Positions 25,072 through 37,609 of a stretch of DNA of 41,083 bases are shown here, piece by piece. Within the stretch, counting starts at the first letter, position 1; the number at the start of each line of letters is the position of its first letter. The notes under the pieces were generated by a model that was not told the DNA's origin, searched no databases, and worked only from the letters and a program-made list of their open reading frames with translations. The stretch lies in NCBI RefSeq assembly GCF_001194135.2, contig NC_068991.1, positions 44,737,797-44,778,879 of the forward strand, in the 5' to 3' direction. The stretch comes from Octopus bimaculoides (Eukaryota). The position numbers were made by a program, and so were the translations under genes.

Positions 25072-25595
25072 TATATATACACACGTACACACTCTACACG
25101 CGCGTGTGTACACACACATACGCACACACACACATACACACACACACACACACACACAAACACGTAGAGCTTGTATGTATGTAGGTAGGTATGTATGTGT
25201 GGATTGTACTTTACTTCAACAATCCGCAGTACAGAGGAAAGCAGTTTTTCATAACCTCTGCACTACCCAATAACTGAATCAAGTAATCAACCAACTGACA
25301 GACAGCTAATAACCAAATTTCTAAGCAAGCAAACTAAACAAGTAACTATCCAAGATATTCTCCATGTCTCTTCAATACACCATTAGGTTTGCTTTAACCG
25401 TACTGATAGAATGTGCAACAACCATTATAGCGCCAGAAATCCTCGAATGATCATTGGTTTTAAGCTACATCACGTGGCACTGATATGTAGGTAGTTGTGT
25501 TGCACCGTATTTGCGAAAGCAATCGACTGAAGTTACACCCTTACACTTACACACCACATGAACCCGTTTCGTCTCTGCACGTTCACATTTGCACA

Positions 25596-25660
<65 letters not shown>

Positions 25661-25903
25661 ACTTGAGATTTACATAATTCAAGGTTTATATGTGTGTGTG
25701 TGTGTGTGTGTATTTTATCTTAATTACGTTCTGTACTGCACTCCACAGCCGGTAGTATTTATCAGTTTTTCTATGAGATTGCGACACTTCACTCAACCTT
25801 CCGTCAACTCTGCAGAAAGGGACACAGCATGGAGTGGTCGCCGACTATTTTGCGACGTTGTGAGGTAGCCGATAACGAGAGAGAGGGAGAGAGAGAGAGA
25901 GAG

Positions 25904-26223
25904 NNNNNNNNNNNNNNNNNNNNNNNNNNNNNNNNNNNNNNNNNNNNNNNNNNNNNNNNNNNNNNNNNNNNNNNNNNNNNNNNNNNNNNNNNNNNNNNNN
26001 NNNNNNNNNNNNNNNNNNNNNNNNNNNNNNNNNNNNNNNNNNNNNNNNNNNNNNNNNNNNNNNNNNNNNNNNNNNNNNNNNNNNNNNNNNNNNNNNNNNN
26101 NNNNNNNNNNNNNNNNNNNNNNNNNNNNNNNNNNNNNNNNNNNNNNNNNNNNNNNNNNNNNNNNNNNNNNNNNNNNNNNNNNNNNNNNNNNNNNNNNNNN
26201 NNNNNNNNNNNNNNNNNNNNNNN
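25904..26223. other. Assembly gap within (GA)n
   Basis: N run. Confidence 0.99.
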
Positions 26224-26272
<49 letters not shown>

Positions 26273-26284
26273 AGAGTAGACTAC

Positions 26285-26430
26285 AGTACTTGACTGATAC
26301 TTATTTTTTTCAATCCAGAAAGATAAAAGTAAAAGTTGATTTCTCTGGTATTTGAACTCAAAGCGCAGAGCAGCAATAAACATCGCATTGCATTTTATCT
26401 GATGTAATTATTCTGCCAAATATGCTGGTC
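26285..26430 (-). mobile_element. Old, diverged SINE fragment
   Basis: ACTGATACTTATTTT..AATCCAGAAAGATAAAAGTAAAAGTTGATTT...ATTTGAACTCA matches the family core. Confidence 0.65.
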
Positions 26431-26724
26431 TCCCTCTTTCTGCTTTTCTGTCTGTCCGTCTGTCTGTCACCTATCCCTATCGCTCTTTCTTTCTCTCACT
26501 CTCACTATATGTATGCAGAGGCGAGGCAATTTGTTACCTATATTGTTATACGATAATCTATTTTTACGTGATAAAGTGCAAGCAATCATTTTAAACAATA
26601 GAATGGCAATGATAGCCTGGATCGGATATTGAACTTCTGGCATATATAGCTAACATTTTGTGTTCAACAACAATAGCAACAACAACAACACCCACGTAAC
26701 GAGTTTTCGAGCATGTTAAGTCGT

Positions 26725-26785
26725 TATTGTTGCTGTTTAGCACCAAATCATGTCTGATCGAGCAGATCTATGTTCAAAGGATTCC
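26725..26785 (+). mobile_element. Fragment of the second short repeat family
   Basis: TGTTTAGCACC...CTGATCGAGCAGATCTATGTTCAAAGGATTCC. Confidence 0.55.
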
Positions 26786-27607
26786 TCAAGGACGTAGTCA
26801 GGAGTTCAACTGAGGCGAACTTCACTATTTATAAAGCATCCACCATTAGACGTCTGAAATGCGAAAATGTTGAACACTCATTGGTTATGCATGTTCATAT
26901 TTTTCCTAGGCATAGTTCACTTACGACTACATGAACGAATCCTGCTTTTCTATAGCGATAAACTGTGACATAAGGTGCATCTTTGGCTTGCACAGTTGCT
27001 TCCTATGACTGGCAAGTGTTTCATTAGGTTGCGTTACTGAACTGAAGTTATAACGCAGCCCAGATTCACAGAATTTTATTCCGACAACGCTATATAGAGA
27101 AATTAAGCATAGATATATTTGAATCACACGATGACAGTATAGCAGTGAAAAGGAAATTCTACATGTGACTTTGCAAAACAGTAAAACGCCAATGATTATT
27201 GTTAATCACATAAGTCCAAACGTCTCAAAGAAGGCCGGTGTAAAATAAGTGTTGAGCTAGTAGGAAATCAGTCGAAGGCAATTGGGAAGCCTATCGGGAG
27301 CAAGTGATAAATCAGTAACATACAAGTAGGAAGCTATTGGAAAGGTAGTTAGATTTGAAATTTTTGCTAGCTTTTTTTTCCGTTAAGAAATTAATAGCTT
27401 CTGTGAAACCGTTGCAACTGCAAATGTAAATGGTATGAAAGACACAATTCTTAGAATTTACTGCCCCGTCACCGCCTATTCCTGAATTGTAAAACTGTCC
27501 TCAGAACTCTAGCTTTCAAAGAATTTTGGACTAAGCACAGACCGAAGTATAGCATTGTTATTGATTGAATTATAAAGATGCAATAAAAAGAAAAGGCAGA
27601 AAGTGAG

Positions 27608-27672
<65 letters not shown>

Positions 27673-27906
27673 CAGAATAATAACTTTTAGTTTGAAAATG
27701 CACTGCACCTATTACCTGAATTCGTGTAAATATGTAAATTTGTATTCGTGTAAATATTAGGGTGCGTTAAGTGAGGAGACTGAAATCTGGATATTCAGCC
27801 TTTGTGTATTGAAGTGTTGGTGTGACTTTAAGTTATCGCCTTAATTGATTGAAAAGATGGGCAGGCGTATGATCAATACACACACAAACTCATACACATA
27901 CGCACG

Positions 27907-27956
<50 letters not shown>

Positions 27957-28339
27957 TATATGGATGATATATGCATTCATACAGGTACACGTATATACCT
28001 ACCGATATACAGTTACGTGCATCGTATGGATACGGATATTGATATGTACTCTAATGTAGCGAACATGTCCTTTTTAGTGGTCGGACTATATTTGCCCGAA
28101 AGTATACTCATAATGATACAGATGTGTACGTTTCAAATACACACACATGAATGAGAATACATAATTTCACTTATAAACATTAATACATACATACAGATGT
28201 AAATGCATGTAGAAACAACTGTCTACAATTATAGTAATGTTTGTTTACGTTGCAGATACAAACCGTGATGATTAAAAAAATAAAACGTTTGTGTTGCTGG
28301 GTCTTTGTTAGTTTTATAATAACAGTGTGCGTAATTGAT

Positions 28340-29195
28340 GTTTTTAAGTGTTTCTATACCTACAAAAAGATTCTATTTCGTTTTTAAGGTTTGCGCTGTT
28401 GAGAGTACTAAAGAGTGCTCTTTTATCAGATAGAAAGGAGACAAAATTTGTGGACTGGTTTGTATGAGTAAGATCTAGCAATGATGTTCTGTGCGATGGA
28501 ACGCAGTGTGTTTTAGGATGTCCCATTTGTAGTTTGAAGTTGCCCTGTTGCAGTGGTTTTCAGGAAAGTTTGTTGTCTTTGTGTAGGCATTTATTTCCAG
28601 GAAGATAGTTTTGTGGATTGAGAAAGTTGCATGACTTGATGGTGAGATGTATCTGGTTTTTAAAGATTGATCTTTGATAGTGTTTGGACAAATTTGGGAG
28701 ATGTAAATTACAGGATATGAAAGACTATCTATTGAAGATGGAAAGGTGTTTGATTGGGAAATGCATTTTAACAAAGTCTAGGAAGGATTCATATTTCGTG
28801 TAATTACTTCTAAGTTGAACAGTGAGTTATACCACATTGTTTTGTTTTACCTATTATTATACTGTGTATCTTGTCTTTAAAACTGATGTGTTTTAAAAAC
28901 GCTTTTGCATGTGGAAGTTTTTGTTGAAGTAAGCTTTGTTACGTGAACGTCTAGAGAAAAGCGAAATGTTTCTGGGTCGGTTTCCAGTGATGGTAGGTGG
29001 GTTGGTGATTGGTTGGTGAGTACATATATATATATATATATTGTAGGACTGCATTGGGTTTTCTGTAAGGTGAATACTGGAACTTGCTTAGCTTCAAGGT
29101 GACGTCTCAGCAGTCTACTTTTTTCAAGGTGAGTGTTGATAGTGATGCTTAGGTCAAATTATTTAAACAGGAAGACAAGAGTTTTTTCCTGAATT
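28340..29195 (-). mobile_element. Penelope-like element remnant (RT C-terminus plus GIY-YIG region)
   Basis: Minus strand reads KKVDC*DVTLKLSKFQYSPYRKPNAVLQYI, then WYNSLFNLEV, FLDFVKMHFPIKHLSIFNR..HLPN, VIY..RYI..YKWDILKH and LNSANLKNEIESFCRYRN. The order matches PLE RT-thumb/linker/GIY-YIG motifs. Confidence 0.85.
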
Positions 29196-29776
29196 TATGT
29201 ATGCACACGCATAACGTACACATAAGACTATTACAGTCTTTAACACAGAATACATGTAACAATATCCCTGACTTGCTACAAAATTTTTATCCGATTACTA
29301 ATAACAAAAAAAAAAAAAAATACTAAGTATCTAACTAGATAAATGAATAAATTCTATGTACAGATACGCATACAAAACATACACACGTGTACGTAGACAT
29401 ACAACCATACACATATACATATACACACAAACATGTTTATAAACACAAGCATATATAGGTGCTTGTATGTAGTATATATAGATATGTGTGTATATATTTA
29501 CGTCTATATACACATACAAACTATATACACATGCACACATGCGCGCGCACGCGTGCACACACACATATACGCACGCACAGACACTCACACGGACATATAA
29601 GTATGTGTAGAGAAGATATTGTTTAAGTAAGCAAGAGGATTAATATATAATCTATTTTCTTGTAATAGTTCAGTAATAAGATTAACAAATCTGATACTGA
29701 GACTGCGATTTTTTTTGTTCTGCCCTAACTGCTATTGCAACTATTGCTGTTGCTACTTCTGTTGCTACTGCTGCTA

Positions 29777-29808
29777 CTACTACAACAACAACAACAACAA
29801 CAACAACA

Positions 29809-29872
<64 letters not shown>
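29777..29872. repeat. Compound (ACA)n(ACT)n microsatellite
   Basis: Read directly from sequence. Confidence 0.95.
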
Positions 29873-29978
29873 AATATATCAACGCACTAGCCTCACACAG
29901 TATTTGTGTGTGAGGATTTGTATGATTGTATTTTTGTTACTGTGATTTGTTTGGTGTGTGGAAGTATTGTGTGGAAGT

Positions 29979-30145
29979 GTTGTTTAGCCCCAGCTCAACC
30001 TTAATTGACCAAATATCTGATTAAATGTATTCCAGCCAGAACTATCCCGAATTTTGGGGTTTTCTAGAAATACATGATTCAATGTATCCCTTCTTGGTTT
30101 AGAGGGAGATTTGGTTGCCGTTGCTAGGAAACTCGAGCGACATAT
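29979..30145 (+). mobile_element. Diverged copy of the second short repeat family
   Basis: TGTTTAGCCCCAGCTCAACC...TATTCCAGCC...TTTAGAGGGAGATTTGGTTGCCGTTGCTAGG..CGAGCGAC. Confidence 0.6.
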
Positions 30146-30369
30146 ACACGGCATGTTCACAGTTGGTTATAGATAGGTGGTTCGATCGAAGCTGACCAAG
30201 GGCTAGACAACAACAACTACAACTATTACGAGAACGAATTCGATGGACAAAAGCAGGTTTAGCAGGGTCAATAAAGATTTGTACAATCAGTGTATAATAT
30301 CAACACCAACAAGGTGTGTTCGTAGCAAAGGCATTTAATTGCTGACTGACTCAGTTTATTTACTAGAGA

Positions 30370-30450
30370 AGGTAAGGCAGGGCCGAGATGAACTTCACAT
30401 TTTATCCTTTTTTGGTCGATAAATAAAGTATAAGTCCAGTATTAGGGCTG
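30370..30450 (+). mobile_element. SINE core fragment
   Basis: CCGAGATGAACTTCACATTTTATCCTTTTTTGGTCGATAAATAAAGTA. Confidence 0.55.
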
Positions 30451-30944
30451 ATTTTTCTTATCTCCCTTTCTCTTTTTCACATTCTTTTTTGTTCCTTCTT
30501 TCTCTTTGGAAGAAATGTACTATAATCAGACATGGTGAGGATGAGATCCACCTGAATTAAAATGTCCAAAACAAGCTGTAAGCACTAATGAAACCCCTAC
30601 TACTTTATCAGGAATTGAGGGCTCAAGGAAGGAAATGGAATGCAAGGTGATATAACTCTCGGATATAAACATCCTAACTGTGAGAAGTGTAAGGCTGCCA
30701 AATGTTTTGCTCCAATGAAGCTGCATTTTTTTATGAGAAATCATATGCAAATTAATCTGCCAAACTATTCTTTAGAGCCAAGTTCTTCCTAGAAGTTTTC
30801 AAATCTTAAGTAAATTTGAATTGAAGCTATCTTGCCACTTCCACTCATGTTGAATTGAACTTCTATTGAGACCACTACCACAAATGTTTCATTATTTTTT
30901 TATTATTAGCATTCATGAGTTTAGATATGTTCCTTAGAACGTAA

Positions 30945-31100
30945 GGCAAAATCAGTGTGGGCCTTAGTGTTCTGAATTCAAAGCCTGGTGAGATCAACTT
31001 CGCTCTTTATCGATAAAATAAAGTACCAGTCCCAGGCGATGGCTTGGCAGAGTTGTTAGAACATTGAACAAATTGCTTTCAGCATTTGTTCCCGCGGTTT
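30945..31100 (+). mobile_element. Two adjacent SINE fragments (B-box/core, then a head)
   Basis: GTTCTGAATTCAAA...TTTATCGATAAAATAAAGTACCAGT followed by GGCGATGGCTTGGCAGAGTTGTTAGAAC. Confidence 0.6.
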
Positions 31101-31109
31101 TTTGTCTTC

Positions 31110-31340
31110 GCCAATTCAAATATGGTTGGACATCGATGGAAACTGCTTCTATTCCTGGAGAACCACATCCTGCCATTTTAGAGGACCACCGCATAACTAT
31201 TCGGCATCTAGCCCAAGAAGTGAAGATAAGTGTAGAGTCCGTGGAAAAATCATTCACGACCATTTGCACATGCTGAAGTTGTCTGCAGGATGAATTCCCT
31301 AGATGCTCACCTTTTCAGAAGCAGGAACAAGTCTATTGCA
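31110..31340 (+). mobile_element. Mariner transposase N-terminal fragment
   Basis: FKYGWTSMETASIPGEPH...DHRITIRHLAQEVKISVESVEK.IHDHLHMLKLSAG*IP: HTH region plus a degenerate WVP motif. Cut off by a (CA)n tract. Confidence 0.8.
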
Positions 31341-31352
31341 CCCAGGCTCGCA

Positions 31353-31437
<85 letters not shown>

Positions 31438-32008
31438 ACACACATGTATGTATGTGTGTATGTATGCATGTATGTATGCATGTATGTATGCATGTATGTA
31501 TGTAACAACAGAAACATTATTCACTGTTACCAACAATCTTGAGGTAACATCCATGCAAAAGTTTGAGCTGCAGTACATAGCAATTAAATCTCTAAATTGC
31601 ATCCTTAAACTATACCCTCTTAAAAAAACATACCTTGTGCATTTAAAACTACATTATCCGATACCTGAATTAAAGATGGGAAGGTTTAATGTTGTGCAAG
31701 CTTTTGACGGTAAGTCTGATTGTTCAGTTCTGACGTGAGATTAAGCAACAATAAAAATAGATCTACTTTATTCCTCTAAGTTTGTTTTACACCCAAAGCT
31801 CTGACTTTGCGAAATAATTTTTCTTGTTTTTACCACTAATATGAATAGAATTGTGGGTGTGTGTGTGGGTGGGTGGTTGGGGTGTGTGTGTGTGTGTGTG
31901 TGTGAAGTGATTGATTGTTATGTTTTGAATTTAGCCTTCAACTTTGATTGGCTATGAGGTCATATAACTCATTTGCACTTGACCAGTACAACAACTTCCA
32001 TGTCTTTC

Positions 32009-32240
32009 TTATTTATTTATTGCCTACAAGGGGCTACACACAGAGGGGACAAACAAGGGCAGACAAAGGGATTAAGTCCATTACATCGACCCCAGTGCGT
32101 AACTGGTACTTAATTTATCGACCCCGAAAGGATGAAAGGCAAAGTCGACCTCGGCGGAATTTGAACTCAGAATGTAACAGCAGACGAAATACCGCTAAGC
32201 AGTTTGCCTGGCGTGCTAACGTTTCTGCCAGCTCGCCGCC
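32009..32240 (-). mobile_element. Young full-length tRNA-derived SINE with perfect 20-bp TSD
   Basis: Head GGCGGCGAGCTGGCAGAAACGTTAGCACGCC (rev. comp.), B-box, core and (AATA)n tail. TSD CAACAACTTCCATGTCTTTC at 31989-32008 and 32241-32260. Confidence 0.97.
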
Positions 32241-33468
32241 CAACAACTTCCATGTCTTTCGATTGGTTAAAATATTTTACGAATGGCATTCACCTTTTTT
32301 CTCGGCTGTTGACTTACAAGATAACAAGAAGAGAAAAACAATCAGAAAACAAAAATAAGACAAACGTGTTTGGACACTAAAGATTAATCCACTTAGATAC
32401 CTTGCTTTCTTTCACCGTTCTCTCCTCTTTTCTCGTTGTCATACACACTCACACGCGCGTGCGAAAGCACATCATTTTATTGGCTATAGTGACTGGGTTG
32501 TGACCGTGCTGTGGCATTGTTTTCAAAAGTTTTGTTAGAGTGTATCGACATTAGTACATATAGTTAAGCATATTACTCAATTTACCAATCAGTGTTGTTG
32601 ATCTACTAAGTTAAAGGACATAAAATGGACACAATACACACACACACACAATATGAGATATACAGTATACACGTATGCATATGTGCTGGTCCTGGGTATG
32701 TATTCGGGAGTCCCAGGGTTTTGAGGAGTGTAGAACCATCTCCTAGCCACAATTCTTTTCAGGTCTAGTCTAACCTGGAGTAGCAGCACCTGTCAGTGTT
32801 CCAGCTATGGTTTAACTAGCATATGTAATGACATTTCATTTGAGTGCGGAGACGCAGAAATACATTTGGTTGATGTCAAGGCGCATAGTAAAATCGTTGA
32901 GAGTGAGGGACCCCTAGCTGTTGTTACAGTATCCTTTTAGGAGAGGAACACTCTGATGTAAAACGTGCGGATTCACGCGATTAATGGTCATCTTGCTTCA
33001 GCCAGATTACCAGTAATCACGTGATTAGTACTTCGCTTGTCACCAGGTACTAATTATAGGGACTCAGAGAGTGGTACTCGTATTTTACAACCGTTTATCA
33101 CTATAATCAAATTACGTACAAATGTTTCTTTATGGTGCCCTCATTTGCCATCTCATCTACAGAAAGTCCTATGGTGATAAAAGGGTGGCGTCGGCTGCTG
33201 ACCTAACTAGTTGAAAGTGCACAGTAAGTTACAACTTTCGTCTGTTACTCATGCTACAAACCATGCCGATTTGCAGCAGGACTGAATAATCATCTGTGAG
33301 ATCATGCATGGAAAGTCAGAAATGCCTTTGATAGTGAAGAAGCAGTTGGCTATGGTCTGTGAAAATGGAGCAATCACCACATGTGGATAGATCAAATCAA
33401 TTTCGTCGAGCTTCTGAAAAGGATCTGTATACCAAATTCCAAATATGTGATATCTATCTCTGTCTGCC

Positions 33469-33505
<37 letters not shown>

Positions 33506-33506
33506 G

Positions 33507-33878
33507 NNNNNNNNNNNNNNNNNNNNNNNNNNNNNNNNNNNNNNNNNNNNNNNNNNNNNNNNNNNNNNNNNNNNNNNNNNNNNNNNNNNNNNNNNNNNNN
33601 NNNNNNNNNNNNNNNNNNNNNNNNNNNNNNNNNNNNNNNNNNNNNNNNNNNNNNNNNNNNNNNNNNNNNNNNNNNNNNNNNNNNNNNNNNNNNNNNNNNN
33701 NNNNNNNNNNNNNNNNNNNNNNNNNNNNNNNNNNNNNNNNNNNNNNNNNNNNNNNNNNNNNNNNNNNNNNNNNNNNNNNNNNNNNNNNNNNNNNNNNNNN
33801 NNNNNNNNNNNNNNNNNNNNNNNNNNNNNNNNNNNNNNNNNNNNNNNNNNNNNNNNNNNNNNNNNNNNNNNNNNNNNN
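33507..33878. other. Assembly gap between (TCTG)n and (GT)n
   Basis: N run. Confidence 0.99.
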
Positions 33879-33939
<61 letters not shown>

Positions 33940-34145
33940 GTATCGATCACTGGAGTGCGATCATGTTGGGTTACCACCTTGTACACATCCATACACACAA
34001 AAATATGTATAAACATAGTTACATAATTGTATTATTACGCAGATGTATCATAAACAGAAATATGACACAGAGAATGTCATATTTCATCTAACTGAAGTAT
34101 TTAAGTATTTTATATTGGTTCGAAGGCATATTGGTTTAAGTATTT

Positions 34146-34345
34146 TATATTGGTTTCAGTAATTTCGTGGGAGGGGGTAAGTCGATTACATCAGCTCGTG
34201 TGCTCAACTGGTACCTATTTTATAGGCTCCGAAAGATTGAAAGGTAAAGTCGACCTCGGGGGAATTTGAACTCAGAACGTAAAGACGGACGAAATGCCGC
34301 CAAGCATTTTTCTCGGCGTACTAACGATTCTGCCCGCTCGCTGCC
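34146..34345 (-). mobile_element. tRNA-derived SINE, near full length
   Basis: Head (rev. comp.) ends GCTCGCTGCC at 34345; core present; tail partly deleted. Probable TSD TTTAAGTATTT (34135-45 / 34349-59). Confidence 0.9.
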
Positions 34346-34929
34346 TTATTTAAGTATTTGTGTGTGTTTGTGTGTGTATTATACACCCCGCTCCACATAT
34401 ATATATACAATATCGAACACACATACACAAGGTATGTGTTTTGCTAGTTAATGGTAGGCTGCGCTTAGAGGCGTAAGAGATTATATTCTCATCAATATGT
34501 TTGGTGTTAAAACACCTAGAAATCATAGTCAATGGAGATAACTCGCATCAGGTCCCATTTAGGAGCGATAGACATCGATGTTTCGTCATTTTTGTGTCTT
34601 GTCAATACCATGTACCCGAACGAGGCCAGATGCAAGTTAAATCGCTGTCTATGACTATATGCAAAATGGTCTCAACGTTTCATGCCACAGAAAAAATTCA
34701 AATATGAATTAGAGGAAGCTCGGGGGATATTAAACATATCGAACACACATACACAAGGTATGTGTTGTGCTAGTTCGTGGGTAGGCTGCGCTTATAGGAG
34801 TAAGAGAGTATAGTCTCATCAACGTGCCTGGTGTTAAAACATCTGGAAGTCATTATAGGAAAACGAAAGTACTATCAAAGCGTTCTATATGAACGAGGTG
34901 CACTTATAACCCTGCATCAGCTGCACAGC

Positions 34930-36760
34930 AGTTACCAACTCAAGGATACAAATCCTTTACTACAAAAGAATATGTGACAGTTGAAAGACAAATGGTGAGA
35001 TCAGAGGGTGGCTGAAATCCTGGCCATTTACTGATTCTCACTTTGTCAGTTTGAGGGAGATTAACATTCTTAAGAGAAGTGAAATGTAAGGATAGCTCTC
35101 ACCTCAACATCAAGAAAATTGAGATCATGAAGTACTGGCAGGAACAGTTTAGTGAGTTACTAAACTTGTCCTTAGTAATTTGTCGCGAGGCTCTGGAATG
35201 TAATCAGCATCTTTCCGAAGATATCAGTTTGGTATTATCATCGACTTTGGAGGAGCTGGTAATCGCCGTTTACGAGACAAAATTGTGAAGAGCTTCTGGT
35301 GTTGACAGCATTCTTAGGGAGCTCTATATGTAAGGTGTGAAGGAATTTCGTTGTATGGTTCTCCAATTCTTCAGAGAATACCGATATTACTGCAATATTT
35401 CAAAGATGTACAGATGCTAAGTATTTATAAGTGGAACGGTGACTGACAGAACTGTGCAAACTATGGAAGAATTTTTCGTCTCTCAATAGTTAGAGAAATC
35501 CTAGCAAAGATACTGCTCAGGTGAGTACAAAAAATATCTGAACAAATTCTTCCTGAAGGCCAGTGTTGATTTTATATGCTTAAAGACACCGACTGTATGA
35601 CTTTTATTTTTAGACAAATCCAGAAAAATACTATAGAATAGCGAGTTCACCTTTTCGTTACCTTCACCGACTATACAAAGGTTTTCGATATGAGTATCCA
35701 AACAAATTTGTGGAAATATTCAGACAATTTCACGGTGGTAAGTTTGCCACGATCTTTATCGTAGCTTGTGGAGAACAGCTATCTGCGTTATTTATGAGGG
35801 TCGTGTTTAAAAATATAGGGAGAGAGCTGACAGTTGGGGTGTATATCAACACAACCGTGGATGATAGACAGATGAAAGTATCAAAGTTAAGATCCATTCG
35901 CGGAAATTGCACTGATCACTCTATTGGATCAATCAATCGTTGGGAGATATCCAGAAAATCCGGCATGAATTTGAATGCACGGCGGTAAGTTTGGGCTTAT
36001 AATTTTACTTTAAAAAGAAAGAAGTCTTGTATCAGCTTGAACCTTGGGTGCGGGAACAAGAATTCTGATCGCGAATCAGCCTCTACATATAGGGAAGAAG
36101 TTTACATATGTGAGTAGTACAATTTCTGATTAAAACATCATTGATGCATAGGTGGTTTGCCATTGCTAGTCGGTTACAGTCGCTTCTGGAAGCTCAATGA
36201 ATGACCGTGGACTGCCACTAGACATAAAACTGTCAACAAAATGCGAAATGCGCCGAGTAATAGTGCTATTCTGTCTCATGTTCTGCTACGATCTGTACAC
36301 ACCGACACAACATAAGACTGATGAACTGTTTGTTGCAATACCTACGATCTATAATCCACACTTCTTGACATAACATCTTTAGCCAGGGGTCTTTTAATGC
36401 GCAAATATGCCTAGTGTAAGTTTATCCTGCTCAAAGGCAGTTACACTGGTGGAGATGGGGATGGGCACATGATTCGTATGGAGGACACTAGTATCCACGA
36501 GGTCGTGCTCTAGAACGAACTGAGTTATGGAAACTGCCGAAGAGATCGCCGTAAATTCTATTAGTAAGATATCACCAAGTGATGAATTAATGAAATGAGC
36601 TTCATTGTAATTACATGAAAGAAGACAGCGACTGAGAGTGACGAAAGCGGAGACCCATAAAGAAAGAAGTTAAAGATGCAGAGTAGAGTTGGATGAAACA
36701 ACACAGAGGAAAGCTAGAGCAAGATCCACGCTATAGAATCTGCTAACAATAAGCTGCAAA
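34930..36760 (+). mobile_element. Decayed RTE-BovB-like LINE ORF (linker, RT and C-terminus)
   Basis: Reads KDKW*DQRVAEI, IMKYWQEQFSELLN, RASGVDSI, FKDVQMLSIYK..GD*QNCANY, SIVREILAKILL, ILPEGQC, FTDYTKVFD, RQFHGG and FGL.I..KK.EVLYQ. Many stops and frameshifts. Confidence 0.85.
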
Positions 36761-37493
36761 ATCTACATATCATTGTGTCAGTACTTTTGGTCTATAGTCT
36801 CAAGCATCGTTGATTAAGTTATTTTGTTAAATTGGAAAAAAAAAAAGAAAAAAGATTATAGAATATAATTCTTTTCAGTTTCCATGTCATAGTCGATTAT
36901 GAAGGATATCTGATAAATACACACACTCACGCACATACATATACAAACGTACACATATGTATACATAAGCACATGTACATGTGTTCTCTGTGTGTGTGTA
37001 TGTGTGTGTGAGTGTGGGTGTATGCATGTATTACAGTCATCGCATACACTCAATCACACGTATATACACACAAAAGCGGTTGCACTAAGCGGATTATATC
37101 CGAGAAGTCATTAAATCCGGGACTCGTAATTAAATACTGCTGCAGGGAAGTTAGGTCGCTGTTGTGATTGCTCTTAATTGAGTACTGTTAATGTTTATGC
37201 TCTAGTTGTTGTTATTGGTAATGGTCGTGGAGATGGTAGCAACGATATGAAGATAGGATGGGGTAGACTGATATAGTTTTTAGCTGTAACTATTGAACTA
37301 AATTATTCAGTGCTTGTCCACAGGTGCAAATGGTTTCATTTTCTCACCTGTAGGTGAGAATAAAAAAAAAACATCTCAGTCATTGTTTGTTAGTTTGTTT
37401 GTTTGTTTCTCTCCCACCTCTTTCCATTTTATTACGTATTTAAAACACTTAAACACAGCCGCAACTATGGTAAATATAACATGCACCTACACT

Positions 37494-37609
37494 CACACAC
37501 ACATGCACACACGCACGCACGCACGCACGCACGCATGCACGCACGCACGCATGCACGCACACGCATGCACGCACGCACACATGCACGCACGTACGCATGC
37601 ACGCACGCA
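37494..37609. repeat. (GCAC)n-type alternating purine-pyrimidine tract, 116 bp
   Basis: Uninterrupted Y-R alternation, checked block by block. Confidence 0.9.

Noticed and set aside
37344-37363. Small palindromes such as TTCTCACCT-GT-AGGTGAGAA, GATGCTGT-TGAA-ACAGCATC (~17590) and TTGGGTAT..ATACCCAA (~16700)
   Set aside because: 8-9 bp stems are expected by chance in 41 kb of AT-rich DNA.
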